DNA from: Planctomycetota bacterium
GTDB taxonomy: Bacteria; Planctomycetota; UBA8108; SXIK01
Direction: 5' to 3'
Assembly (NCBI GenBank): GCA_965223265.1
Contig: OZ244999.1
Location: 8,256,001-8,320,000 of the forward strand
Length of the DNA stretch: 64,000 nt
Part shown: in pieces, positions 48,787 through 58,468 of the stretch
Layout of the letters: the number at the start of each line of letters is the position of its first letter
How positions within the stretch are numbered: position 1 is the first letter of the stretch
Notes under the pieces: generated by a model
Seen by the model: only the letters and a program-made list of their open reading frames with translations
What the model was told of the DNA's origin: nothing
Databases searched by the model: none
Translations under genes and position numbers: made by a program

Positions 48787-48822
48787 GGCCGGACGGCACA
48801 CGGCGTGTGCCTGCCACGTTGA
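48787..48822 (-). repeat. REP-like copy between arrays
   Basis: GGCCGGACGGCACACGGCGTGTGCCTGCCACGTT. Confidence 0.7.
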
Positions 48823-48833
48823 AGAGGCGCGCA

Positions 48834-48992
48834 CCCACTCCCACACGGACTCCCCCTCCCACGCCCACGCCCACTCCCCCTCCCACGCCCCCTCCCACTC
48901 CCCCTCCCACTCCCCCTCCCACTCCCCCTCCCACTCCCCCTCCCACTCCCCCTCCCACTCCCCCTCCCACTCCCACTCCCCCTCCCACTCCC
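48834..48992 (+). repeat. Imperfect 12/6-bp array (CCCACTCCCCCT)n
   Basis: Read directly; G-run-rich on the minus strand. Confidence 0.9.
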
Positions 48993-49112
48993 ACGCAAAC
49001 GCAAACGCAAACGCAAACGCAAACGCAAACGCAAACGCAAACGCAAACGCAAACGCAAACGCAAACGCAAACGCAAACGCAAACGCAAACGCAAACGCAA
49101 ACGCAAACGCAA
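48993..49112 (+). repeat. Perfect 6-bp array (ACGCAA)x20
   Basis: Read directly; abuts the previous array in hexamer phase. Confidence 0.97.
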
Positions 49113-49239
49113 ACAGAGTGTTTGCCGCTTTGGCACGCCGAATGACGAAACTCCAGCTATCCCGGCCTCACCACCCCGTGAAGAGACCTAGTTCGGCTCA
49201 AACACTCAAGGATCTGTGTTGCGTTCGCCTGGCTGTGGA

Positions 49240-50703
49240 CTACAGCTCCCTCAGCTTGATGTTGCGCCATCGCACTTGATAGGGGCCCGTGCTTGCTGGA
49301 ATGCTGTGCACCTGAAGCCCGATGAAGCCGGCGGCAGTCATTGAGTCTTTGACGTCGGCGACCGGAACATCGTTGATCCACGTCTTCAGCGAGTCGCCTT
49401 GGCAGACGATGCGGTAGCGGTTCCACTCGTCCTTTTTGAACGCGGCTCGAGCCGCCGCGTCGGTGCGGTCGGTGCTCAGCCAGCCGCGGCGCGCTTCGTC
49501 GTAGATGAACCCTGCTTCGCCGTTTGTCGAGATCTCGACCTGATATCCGTGGACACGAAAATCTTTGTAGCCCTTGAAGCTGTTGCTGCGGATCTGGATG
49601 CCGGAGTTGAGTTCGCTATCCACCTTGACTTCGAGCTGCAGCTCGAAGTCACCATAGTGGTTTGTTGTGCATAGAAAGGAGTTCGGGCTGCGCTCGTTTG
49701 TCGTGCCAACGATCACGCCCTCTTCTACGGCATAGAACGCAGTGCCGTTGACTTGTCGCCAACCATCAAGGTTCTCACCGTTAAAGAGCGCGACCCACCC
49801 GTCATCGTCTGCTTTTGCCGGCAGCGCACGTCTCGTCGCCGTCAGTTCCGTCGGAAAATCTTGAGGGATGTCTGTCAGCGTCACCTTGCCTGTCGCCGCC
49901 CATTCGGCGCCGCGCTGCAGCGTCACGTGGAAGCCGACGCCCGAGAGCGCAGAGGTACCGTGCCCGAGGGCCGTATGGAAGGCACGCCCCTTACCGTAGT
50001 TGATCGTCATCAGCAGCGGCTCGTGTTCTTCCGTGCCGCTGCTTTCCTTAGACGAAAACGCCGTCGCCAGGACGGTGAGGTTTTTCGCGGGGCCGCGGAG
50101 GCTGTCATAGAGCTCGTCCTTGGCGTGTTTCCAGCGCGAGGGAAGGCCAGCGATAATGGGATGGTCTGGTGCGCGCATATCGAGAACGAATTCATGCTGC
50201 TGGCCGTGTCGCCCGCCGCGTCCAGGGGATTCGTCGCGGACGAATTTGCCGTCGCGAAACCGTATGTAAGGGCCGGAGGTCTCGTCGCGTTGTCCCCAAC
50301 CGCCGAGACCAATGATTTCGTTGTACTCCGGCCACTTTGAGAACGCGTTGTTCGCGGCGTGCACGGTAACGAACCCTCCGCCACCAGCGACATAGTCAAC
50401 GAAGTCCTTTTTTGTCTCTTCCGGCCACTCGGCGCCGTTGTAGTTCGACACGACGACGTCGTACTTCTTGAATTCAGGGCGAAAGCCTTCGAGGCTTCGC
50501 TTGCGTGGGGGGCTTGTCGCCACATCGACAGTAAAACGGCCGCTATGCTCGAGAATCTTTCGAAGGATCGGCGTGGTTACTTTCCACGCGTGGTTGTTTT
50601 GACCGTCGACGATCAGCGCAGACAGCTTGTCGGCAGCCTGACCTTCGTGGCAACAGGTGAAAACGAAGAGCAGCCCAATGAGTGAGAAGATCCTCTGAGT
50701 CAT
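49240..50703 (-). CDS. ThuA-like + DUF1080 (3-keto-disaccharide hydrolase-like) secreted protein
   Basis: Signal [15 protein letters not shown]; [26 protein letters not shown]; [44 protein letters not shown]. Confidence 0.88.
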   Translation of the reverse strand: MTQRIFSLIGLLFVFTCCHEGQAADKLSALIVDGQNNHAWKVTTPILRKILEHSGRFTVDVATSPPRKRSLEGFRPEFKKYDVVVSNYNGAEWPEETKKDFVDYVAGGGGFVTVHAANNAFSKWPEYNEIIGLGGWGQRDETSGPYIRFRDGKFVRDESPGRGGRHGQQHEFVLDMRAPDHPIIAGLPSRWKHAKDELYDSLRGPAKNLTVLATAFSSKESSGTEEHEPLLMTINYGKGRAFHTALGHGTSALSGVGFHVTLQRGAEWAATGKVTLTDIPQDFPTELTATRRALPAKADDDGWVALFNGENLDGWRQVNGTAFYAVEEGVIVGTTNERSPNSFLCTTNHYGDFELQLEVKVDSELNSGIQIRSNSFKGYKDFRVHGYQVEISTNGEAGFIYDEARRGWLSTDRTDAAARAAFKKDEWNRYRIVCQGDSLKTWINDVPVADVKDSMTAAGFIGLQVHSIPASTGPYQVRWRNIKLREL

Positions 50704-50804
50704 TCCTCTGTCTACCTCAAAACGAGTTGCGGTTGTCTTTCGCTGAATCTGAGCGAGCCTCGGCCGTGACCTTGCTGGCAGCCCGATGCGATAGGCGCTC
50801 TGGA

Positions 50805-52277
50805 CTAAGGTTTCGCGGTGTTCGGTGCGTTCTCTTTCGAAGTCGCGATGCGTACGCTCGGGGGTTCCGCGAAATCCCGCCACAGGCGCTCCGAAGTGTG
50901 GCGCTCGAACGCGCCGTCGTGAACGTAGTAGCGATAGCGCGAAACGTACTTTTTGCCGGGGCGAATTCTCATCTCACCCTTTTGCATCGGCGCGAAGTTG
51001 AAGAAGGGCTCCGATGGGTGGATGCGCATGGGCTGTGGATGTCGAAAGTTGCTCGGGTGGCACATGATCGTCACGCCGGTTGGTCTTCCTTCGACCGTAC
51101 CGGATATGTCACACCAACGCGCCGTCGTCGCATGTCCATCCTGTCGCGTTTTTCCTTCGCTGGTGTTGAAGAGGCACTTGTCGCCTTCGCCTTCCCATTC
51201 CTCAGAGCCTCTGAATCCCATGCCGCCGTAGCGATACTTTTTGATGATCAGCGGGGCCGGGCCGGCGCACTCTTGAGTCGATATGAGGTCGAAGAGGTGA
51301 AAATCCTCGAAGGCGTACACGCGAACGTCCCAGTGCTCGATAATGGCGACTTTGGACCCCACCGGTGCGGTCATGTCGATGAACTTGTGTTTCGATTCAA
51401 AGTACGCCACCACAGAACCGCCGGTGTAAAAGTTCAGATCCGTGCAGAGGACACGCCCTTCCTTCTTGCCACTGTTCCAGAAATCGACCTCGCGTCCCTC
51501 GAAGATTGTCTTCGTCCACGGAAACCAGATGCCATGGTGGTGGCGATGGTTTTCCGGGAAGTCATTCGTGACGACATGCCCTGACGGGTTCCACACCGGG
51601 TGTATGTAGCCGTTGCGCTGAAACACCTGATCGTAGCCGTCCGGAGGTTGCTTTAGCGACACGTTGTAGCGCAGGATTGGGCGGCCGCCGTAGCGAAACC
51701 GCACATCACTGGCGCCGACAACGCACTGAATGGATGGCACCTTCAACTCGCTCTTGCCGGGCTCCAGCCGATAGCGCCTCGTCTTTCCCGCCGCCAGGTC
51801 GTCTCTCATGATCCAGACCAACTGATGCGGGGGGCCGCGAAAACGTTGCGTTCCAACTTCGACCTCTTGATCGCCGCCGAGTCTCAGCAGTCGAACGTCT
51901 CTGACATGGGCGATTTCCTTCGGCGGCGTCCAATAGATTGGTACGTCACGGCGGTTGTACTTTCCCGCCGAAACCTCGAGAATCACCGGCTCGAATGCCC
52001 GCAGAGCGTTAGGAGCGTTCATGCAGAAAGGGAGTGTGATCGCCCCGACGATGACCGTGAGCAAACGTCGGCCGCGATGCCGATAGGCGGTGCGACAATG
52101 TGGGGAGCCAGCCGACGACGGCGAGGAATCACCGCCATCTACGCCTGGCGCGTGCGAGCTGCCCCCCCGGCGACAGATCGTTTGAACGTGCCAGTTCTCC
52201 GCGTCACTTTCCCTATTAGTCTCGACGCCGAATGGAGGACTCTCTGGATTCATTTCTGGATTCATTTCTGGATTCAT
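50805..52277 (-). CDS. DUF6807 / PmoA-like family protein
   Basis: [45 protein letters not shown]. Start uncertain; a signal-like segment lies near 52070-52000. Confidence 0.75.
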   Translation of the reverse strand: MNPEMNPEMNPESPPFGVETNRESDAENWHVQTICRRGGSSHAPGVDGGDSSPSSAGSPHCRTAYRHRGRRLLTVIVGAITLPFCMNAPNALRAFEPVILEVSAGKYNRRDVPIYWTPPKEIAHVRDVRLLRLGGDQEVEVGTQRFRGPPHQLVWIMRDDLAAGKTRRYRLEPGKSELKVPSIQCVVGASDVRFRYGGRPILRYNVSLKQPPDGYDQVFQRNGYIHPVWNPSGHVVTNDFPENHRHHHGIWFPWTKTIFEGREVDFWNSGKKEGRVLCTDLNFYTGGSVVAYFESKHKFIDMTAPVGSKVAIIEHWDVRVYAFEDFHLFDLISTQECAGPAPLIIKKYRYGGMGFRGSEEWEGEGDKCLFNTSEGKTRQDGHATTARWCDISGTVEGRPTGVTIMCHPSNFRHPQPMRIHPSEPFFNFAPMQKGEMRIRPGKKYVSRYRYYVHDGAFERHTSERLWRDFAEPPSVRIATSKENAPNTAKP

Positions 52278-52516
52278 TGACGAGCTTCCATGGAGGAGCG
52301 ATGCGATATCGTCAGTCCCTTGAGTATAACCATCATCCAGAATTCCGGCATTTGAATCAACGTGCGGCTGGCCTCTCGCGCGACGACTCCGGGTTCGTCG
52401 CGAGCGGAGCATCGATTTTCGCGACGCGGACGGTACCATGGTGGTCCTGTCAGCAACGCGACGCGATGCGACCGCGCGAGGTTCTGCCACTAAGAGAACG
52501 GGGGACTGACTGCACC

Positions 52517-53512
52517 ATGAAGATGAGTCGACGGGAGTTCGGCCGGCGAATGGCCGGGAGTGCACTCGCAGTTGGTACTGCGATCGGATGCAAATTGAAT
52601 TCGAGCCAAGCGACCAGTGACATTCCGATCATCGACACGCACCAGCATCTGTGGGACCTGGAGAAGTTTCGACCGCCGTGGATCGACGGCGAGCCGGAAG
52701 TGCTCAGGCGCAGCTACGTCACCAAGGACTTCATCGAAGCGACGGCCGGTCTCAACGTCGACAAGGCGGTTTACATGGAAGTCGACGTCGCTCCGGACGA
52801 CCAAATCGCTGAGGCGGAGCATGTGATCGCGCTCTCGGAGAGCTCTGCGCACCCCACGGTCGGCGCCGTGATCTCGGGGCGACCCAACTCCCCGGAGTTC
52901 GAAAGCTATATCCGCCGTATGGCGAAGTCGCCTCACATCAAAGGCGTACGGCAAGTTCTTCACGTTCCGAGCGCGCCGCGCGGACTTTGTCTGGAGCCGC
53001 AGTTCGTCAAGAGCATTCAACTCCTCGGCGAGCTTGGGCTCAGTTTCGATCTGTGCATGCGGCCGACAGAGCTAGCGGACGGCCTGCGCTTGGCACACCT
53101 CTGTCCGAAGACCCGATTCATTGTCGATCACTGCGGCAACGCGGATCCAAAGGCCTTTCTGCCTCCGGGGCGATATGAAGGCGAGAAGCCATGGCATCAG
53201 GTTGCGCAGTGGAAACGCGACATGGCGCAGCTCGCGCGGCAGGAGAACGTCCACTGTAAGATTTCTGGGATCGTTGTGCGCGCACCCAAGGACGACTGGA
53301 CGTCCAAAGACCTCGAGCCGATCGTCGACTTCTGTCTCGATGAGTTCGGCGAGGACAAAGTTTGCTTCGGTGGCGATTGGCCGGTCTGCAAGCTGGTAGC
53401 AACGTACCGCGAGTGGGTTGAAGCACTGCGCAGAATCATTTCAAAGCGAAGTCCCGAAACGCAGCGAAAGCTGCTCTACGACAACGCCGCGGAATTCTAT
53501 CGGCTCGGCTGA
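52517..53512 (+). CDS. Amidohydrolase_2 family protein (sugar lactonase-like) with Tat signal
   Basis: MSRREFGRR, IIDTHQHLWD, KGVRQ, FIVDHCG, CKISG, FGGDWPV, DNA.EFYRL. Confidence 0.88.
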   Translation: MKMSRREFGRRMAGSALAVGTAIGCKLNSSQATSDIPIIDTHQHLWDLEKFRPPWIDGEPEVLRRSYVTKDFIEATAGLNVDKAVYMEVDVAPDDQIAEAEHVIALSESSAHPTVGAVISGRPNSPEFESYIRRMAKSPHIKGVRQVLHVPSAPRGLCLEPQFVKSIQLLGELGLSFDLCMRPTELADGLRLAHLCPKTRFIVDHCGNADPKAFLPPGRYEGEKPWHQVAQWKRDMAQLARQENVHCKISGIVVRAPKDDWTSKDLEPIVDFCLDEFGEDKVCFGGDWPVCKLVATYREWVEALRRIISKRSPETQRKLLYDNAAEFYRLG

Positions 53513-53551
53513 GAGCGGGCGAGAGGTGAAAGAACGCCGCCCTGAGGCAGG

Positions 53552-56500
53552 CTAACCTTTCGCATCGGCGCAGACGTGACCGCTGCTGCAGCCAAGGTCG
53601 TCCTCTGTCGCGTCTGCGCCGCAGCCTGGATAGGGTGCGATCGCCGGGCTGCCCTCAAGGAAGAGAAAGTTAAGAAGTGCGATGGGATCCTCGAGGTCCA
53701 GATGGCCCGAATCGTTGGCGTCGAGCGCGTCGTCACAGCGGGCGTCGAGCGGTGCCACGAACAGGTGGCGAAGAATGGCGATGACATCCGTGACGTTAAG
53801 GCTGCCGTCGCCATTGGCGTCGCCGCGTCGAAACGCTTCGCGCGCTATCCGCAGCGTACCCCGCGAGACCATGCGGCCGCGCTCCGGATCGTTGACTTCA
53901 ACGGCGGGCGATGCAGTCAAATCCGGAGTGGACGGGAGCATGACGCGTAGCGTGTTCGCATCGACGAACTCGACTCGCGGCGACGGGGTGCCATCGAAGG
54001 TGACGGACGTCGCTTCCGTGAAACCGAAGCCGAACAGCGTCAGTGCTTCACTATGCGGAAGTGTGACGACGTCCGGTTCGAATCTGAGGACACGCGGAAT
54101 GGTCAGGAACGTCGATCCCAGCACTTGCTCGCGATAGATCTCGGGCCTCTGACGCGCAAAGTCGCGCAGCTCTTCGATGGACTCTTCCCACTTGTCGACC
54201 GTGGCGTCAGGTACGAGGTCTGGGATGGTGACTTCCTCGGAGATGTCGGCACGAATGGTCGCTGCTGTACGATCGATCAACGAGACGACGTTCCCGGTCG
54301 AGAGGGTGGTTCGGAGCATCTCTTCGACCGCTTCGGCGAAGAACTGTTGGTACTCTAGGCTTTCGAGCAAGCTTGCGAACGGGAAGATGATCGGTCCGCC
54401 TTGCTCCATTGCGCCTCCGAAACGATCGCGCGTCGGATCGCGGCTGAAACCGAACTCCGCGTCCCAGATCACGTAGGTCCACCTGCCATCAGCGGCCGCC
54501 GATCGCGCGGCGAACCAGTTGTTGAGCGGCCAATCGCCGTTGTCAAGCCAGGTGTTGATGATGATGTAGGGCGTATAGCTGGCGACGTCGACTCGCGACA
54601 TCGCTTCGTCGAGGAGCGCGGGATCGCTGATGTCGTGATCGCGGAAGAAACGCAGTAGGTCGGACCAGGCTTCCTGCGTTTGCTCGCCGCCGTCCACGAT
54701 CTCGTTGTTGGTCTTGATCGCATACCACTGATTGCTCTCTGGAAAATGTGCGCTCAAGAATTCAGCGTCCAGGCGTTCAACGACATTGTAAACGCCTCGG
54801 TATTGGCCGTTGACGAAGAGGTTCCACCACGTGCCTCGTGAGATCGTGCTGCCGGTCTGGCCATGTAGGTCGCGAGCCAATTGGTCGCGGATCAGGGTGC
54901 CGCCGCCCACGCGCAGTCGGTCGTTGAAGTTGGCTCTCAAGACCAGCTTGTCGAAGTCGTCGACCCCGAGTTCGTCGTCGAAGACCGGGTAGGAGAGCTC
55001 GCGGTCGCCGTAGAGACCACGAAAGTACATGCGGTACGACTTCTTCGTGTCGAAGTCTCCGCCGCGTCCCCTGCCGCCGTGAAGACGAAGCCCCATACCC
55101 GTTGCCACCGCAAGTTCGCCGCTGTTGTCGAAAAGCTCCATATGCGCGGAGCGCTCAGAGGCACGGCCGCTGCCCAACTGATTCAGGTGCAACAGACGAA
55201 AGTTACCGGGGTCCATCGCCAGCGACAGGATCGGCAAGTCGTATTCCTCGGCGCCGATAAGGTACGTCCGGGTAGCGATGCGGCCAACGCGCTCGCCGCC
55301 TTCGATGACGGCGGCGCGGACGGCGGTCGTTGTTTCGACTTGGAAAGGACCGTCGTACAAACTGCTTTCACTCGTCGGCGCCGTACCGTCGACTGTGTAG
55401 TGGAGATCGAAGGGAAACGGCAGCGCTGCCTCGAGAGTGACGGTGACACTTCCGGAATACTCTCCGGCCGCGGGCGCGATCGACGGCGTCGCCGTGAGCC
55501 GGTCGAGGTTCGGCTCGCTGCCACCGACGTTCGGCAGGCCTGGAGTCGGCCGAGTGAAGTAGCTGTAGTCGGTCGCCATGCTCGTCACCCGACGCGACTG
55601 CAGGCGCGGCGCGAAAAGAAAATCTTGGCTGCCTGGAGAGTCGTTCATCGCCTGCACGGCGAGAACATTGCGTCCAGGTCGAAGAGTTCCCGGGGCGAGG
55701 CGAATTGGCACGTCCTCCGGCTCGAGCACAATTCGAGCCGCCCGCGGTGAGGTGGCAGTCGCATTGACACGGGTGCTGTCTGCATTGCGACGCGCGACTT
55801 CCACATCACCGAGGTATGCCACAAAGCCGCTGTCGTACTGAACACGGAGAACGAGCGTCGTGACGCTCGCGGGGTCGGCGACTTCGAATGGCAAACGTAA
55901 GAAAATCGACGCGTTCTTGGCCTGCATGAGGTCGCCAACATCCGTGGCAATTTCTTCCCTGAAGGTCGGCGTCGCTTTGCGGTCGTAACCAACGCCCGTT
56001 GACACATCGATCCAGGCGCTGTCGTCAAAGTCGAGCTCGCGCCATGCGTCAGCCAGATCGCTCGAGCGCTCTGTGACAAGCGCTTTCCCGGGTGCGCCTA
56101 GGGGCAGCAGGTCGCTGGCGGCGACTTCCATCGCACGTGCGAAGGAGACGTCGGAGATCTGCAGCGGATAGGGGGCGAAGCGCGAGGAGACGTTGCCCAA
56201 GGGGTCGACGAGCGAAAGGAACTCGCCCTCGCCACGCAGCTGAAAGTCAGTGTGGAGCTCGGCGCGCGGGTCTGCGCGGTCCTTCCCGGAAGCGAAGACG
56301 AGAAGGAACTCGCCGGGGGACATGATGATCGCCGGTAACGACCAATCGACGCTATCATCTTCGGAGTTGACGAGGCGCCAGCCGCTCAGATCGATGGACT
56401 CGGTGCCGGCGTGATAGAGTTCTACCCAGTCGGACGTGGCGCCGTCCTCGTCGGCGAGCGTATCGCCGTTTCTTGCCAAGAACTCACTGATCACAAGCTC

Positions 56501-56605
56501 CTGGGCGCGAACGACGGAGTTCATCGCTGCGACGGCGAGCGTTGCTGCCACGGACAACAAGAGTGAGACAGACAACGACTTGAGCATCGGATCATGGGGT
56601 TTCAT
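53552..56605 (-). CDS. Secreted CotH-family kinase with lamin-tail, Fn3/chitobiase-like, IPT and dockerin domains
   Basis: Signal peptide; VISEFLARN..DWVELY (LTD); YTVDGT.PT; KKSYRMYF, NGQYRGVY..VE, DWP.NNW, IWDAEFGF (CotH); FRRGDANGDGSLNVTD dockerin. Confidence 0.88.
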   Translation of the reverse strand: MKPHDPMLKSLSVSLLLSVAATLAVAAMNSVVRAQELVISEFLARNGDTLADEDGATSDWVELYHAGTESIDLSGWRLVNSEDDSVDWSLPAIIMSPGEFLLVFASGKDRADPRAELHTDFQLRGEGEFLSLVDPLGNVSSRFAPYPLQISDVSFARAMEVAASDLLPLGAPGKALVTERSSDLADAWRELDFDDSAWIDVSTGVGYDRKATPTFREEIATDVGDLMQAKNASIFLRLPFEVADPASVTTLVLRVQYDSGFVAYLGDVEVARRNADSTRVNATATSPRAARIVLEPEDVPIRLAPGTLRPGRNVLAVQAMNDSPGSQDFLFAPRLQSRRVTSMATDYSYFTRPTPGLPNVGGSEPNLDRLTATPSIAPAAGEYSGSVTVTLEAALPFPFDLHYTVDGTAPTSESSLYDGPFQVETTTAVRAAVIEGGERVGRIATRTYLIGAEEYDLPILSLAMDPGNFRLLHLNQLGSGRASERSAHMELFDNSGELAVATGMGLRLHGGRGRGGDFDTKKSYRMYFRGLYGDRELSYPVFDDELGVDDFDKLVLRANFNDRLRVGGGTLIRDQLARDLHGQTGSTISRGTWWNLFVNGQYRGVYNVVERLDAEFLSAHFPESNQWYAIKTNNEIVDGGEQTQEAWSDLLRFFRDHDISDPALLDEAMSRVDVASYTPYIIINTWLDNGDWPLNNWFAARSAAADGRWTYVIWDAEFGFSRDPTRDRFGGAMEQGGPIIFPFASLLESLEYQQFFAEAVEEMLRTTLSTGNVVSLIDRTAATIRADISEEVTIPDLVPDATVDKWEESIEELRDFARQRPEIYREQVLGSTFLTIPRVLRFEPDVVTLPHSEALTLFGFGFTEATSVTFDGTPSPRVEFVDANTLRVMLPSTPDLTASPAVEVNDPERGRMVSRGTLRIAREAFRRGDANGDGSLNVTDVIAILRHLFVAPLDARCDDALDANDSGHLDLEDPIALLNFLFLEGSPAIAPYPGCGADATEDDLGCSSGHVCADAKG

Positions 56606-56702
56606 GGCGAGCAGGAGAAGGTGCAGACGGGAGCGTTCAGTTTAGCATAGGTTCTACCTGCCGCGCGGCTTCGATGGCTCTTCAGCGACGATCCCGCGAG
56701 GA

Positions 56703-58277
56703 TCATCTGGAGTTTGCCGGTTCGAGAGCGGGGCGGCGCGACTGCGACTCTCGCTTCCACCAAAGCGGCAGCGGCGGTTTTGGGATTCGTTTCCAACCAC
56801 TCCAGTAGGGGCCTTCCACCTGAATGCTGCGCCAGAGCGCTTCCATGCGGCGGCTCAGCTGCGCCAGGCGGCCGCGCTTGAACGCCGCTAGGTCGTTTTT
56901 CTGCAGCGGGTCGTTCGCCGTATCGTAGAGCTCGAAGCGCTCAAGTCGTGCCGATTTGATCCAGTCCATTTCGCTCTGCCCGGCGTCGCGCTCACTGAAG
57001 TACGCGATCACGACTTCGTCACCGACCCGCAGAGCCATTTGTGGGATGTGTGCATACGAGATGAGCCAGCACAGCGGCACTTGACGCTGTAGAGGGCGCG
57101 CATCGAAGAGCGGAGTCAACGTCGTGCCATCGATGACGCGGTCTGTGGGCATTGGTGTGCGGGCGAGATCGCAGAACGTCGGCAGAATGTCGGTAGCACA
57201 AACGGGCGTGTCGATCACCTGCCCCGCTCGAGCGCGGCGAGGAAAGCGAAGGAGACCCGGGACGCGGATGCCTCCCTCATAGAGGTAGCGCTTCATGCCG
57301 CGAAGCGCGCCAGGCGTCCCAAAGCAGCGATCGCGCCGCGGGTCGTGTCGCGTTTCTCCCCCTGGGTGCTCCGGGCCATTGTCGCTCGTGAAAAGAACGA
57401 GTGTATTGTCGCGTAGACCGAGCTCGTCGAGAGCTCGGAGCAGCCGACCGATGGCAGCGTCGAGCTGCGTGATCGTGCCGTAGTAGTGCTTCTTCAGATG
57501 GGAAATGTCGACGCCTTTTGTCGGTCGATCGACGCCGCCGTAAGCGATGGACATCGCGGCCGCCTCAACGACCTCGGTTTCATACATCGCGGCGTATTCC
57601 CTCGGTGGGGTCACGGGAGTGTGCGGCTCGCTCGAACAGACATACGCAAAGAAAGGACGCTTCGCGTCGCGCTTCTGGAGCCATGCGATGGTCTCGTCGA
57701 CGATGAGGTCGCAGTAGTAGCCGTTCGACGGGCCAACGGCGTCGCCGTCCCGCACGAAATCGGCCGGGTTCAGCGTGCTATCGCTCGTGTTGGCGCGCGT
57801 TGCGAACCACCGGTCGAAGCCGTGGTCGCCCGGATTCGGTTGCGACCCATCGAGCGCGGAAAGGTGCCACTTGCCAGAGAAAAACGTCTGATAGCCGGAA
57901 CGTTTGAGCAGCGTCGAGATCGTTACCTCTTCCCGGCGTAGATGGCGATCGCCGCTGGCGAGCTTGTACATGCCAGCGCGAAATGGAGTACGACCCGTGA
58001 GCAGCGCGGCGCGCGAGGGGGAGCAGATCGAGCTGCCGGCGTAGCATGCTGAAAAGCGTATTCCCTCAGCTGCCAGACGGTCGAGGTTTGGTGTCCGTAT
58101 GAACGGGTGGCCATAGCAGCCGAGATCGCCGTAGCCAAGATCATCTGCAAGGAAGATGAGGAAGTTGGGACGGCTGTCTGCGCCTAGCTGCGGCAGCAAG
58201 AGAATCGCAGCGAGCGCCGCGCGGTAGAATCTTACGGCAGTCGTGCGAACGAGCCTGCGTGGAGAAGTGGGCCTCAT
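56703..58277 (-). CDS. Arylsulfatase-family sulfatase
   Basis: RPNFLIFLADDLGYGD, CSPSRAALLTGR, GKWHL, FTSDNG, YEGGIRVP. Start at MRPTSPRR. Confidence 0.93.
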   Translation of the reverse strand: MRPTSPRRLVRTTAVRFYRAALAAILLLPQLGADSRPNFLIFLADDLGYGDLGCYGHPFIRTPNLDRLAAEGIRFSACYAGSSICSPSRAALLTGRTPFRAGMYKLASGDRHLRREEVTISTLLKRSGYQTFFSGKWHLSALDGSQPNPGDHGFDRWFATRANTSDSTLNPADFVRDGDAVGPSNGYYCDLIVDETIAWLQKRDAKRPFFAYVCSSEPHTPVTPPREYAAMYETEVVEAAAMSIAYGGVDRPTKGVDISHLKKHYYGTITQLDAAIGRLLRALDELGLRDNTLVLFTSDNGPEHPGGETRHDPRRDRCFGTPGALRGMKRYLYEGGIRVPGLLRFPRRARAGQVIDTPVCATDILPTFCDLARTPMPTDRVIDGTTLTPLFDARPLQRQVPLCWLISYAHIPQMALRVGDEVVIAYFSERDAGQSEMDWIKSARLERFELYDTANDPLQKNDLAAFKRGRLAQLSRRMEALWRSIQVEGPYWSGWKRIPKPPLPLWWKRESQSRRPALEPANSR

Positions 58278-58468
58278 GTTGTCACTCTCGTGATCGCGAC
58301 TGGAGGAAGTTGCGAGGGAATGATAAGTTTGGAGTCTCGGCGCGGCGCACGACGCGCCGATGTGGTCGGCACGTTGCTGCACGTTTTGGTCGTCACGCTG
58401 CTAAGCGAGTTCGTGGCATACACAGACTGTGACATTCATAGAACGGCAGCTTGAAACGGAGCGCGAGC

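Noticed and set aside
48416-49145. PHGL, HTAS, PT/TQ, AVWE and GGRV repeat ORFs, and the long N-terminal extension of the four-helix gene
   Set aside because: Array read-through. The homologous ATG and RBS at 48435 (and 47311) define the real genes.
46777-49239. Classical IS/MITE or prophage at the four-helix locus
   Set aside because: No transposase, integrase, terminal inverted repeats or target-site duplication could be identified.
52243-52278. 12-bp repeat x3 (TCTGGATTCATT; MNPE x3)
   Set aside because: Short local slippage near a gene start; no leader or four-helix gene nearby and no evidence of function.
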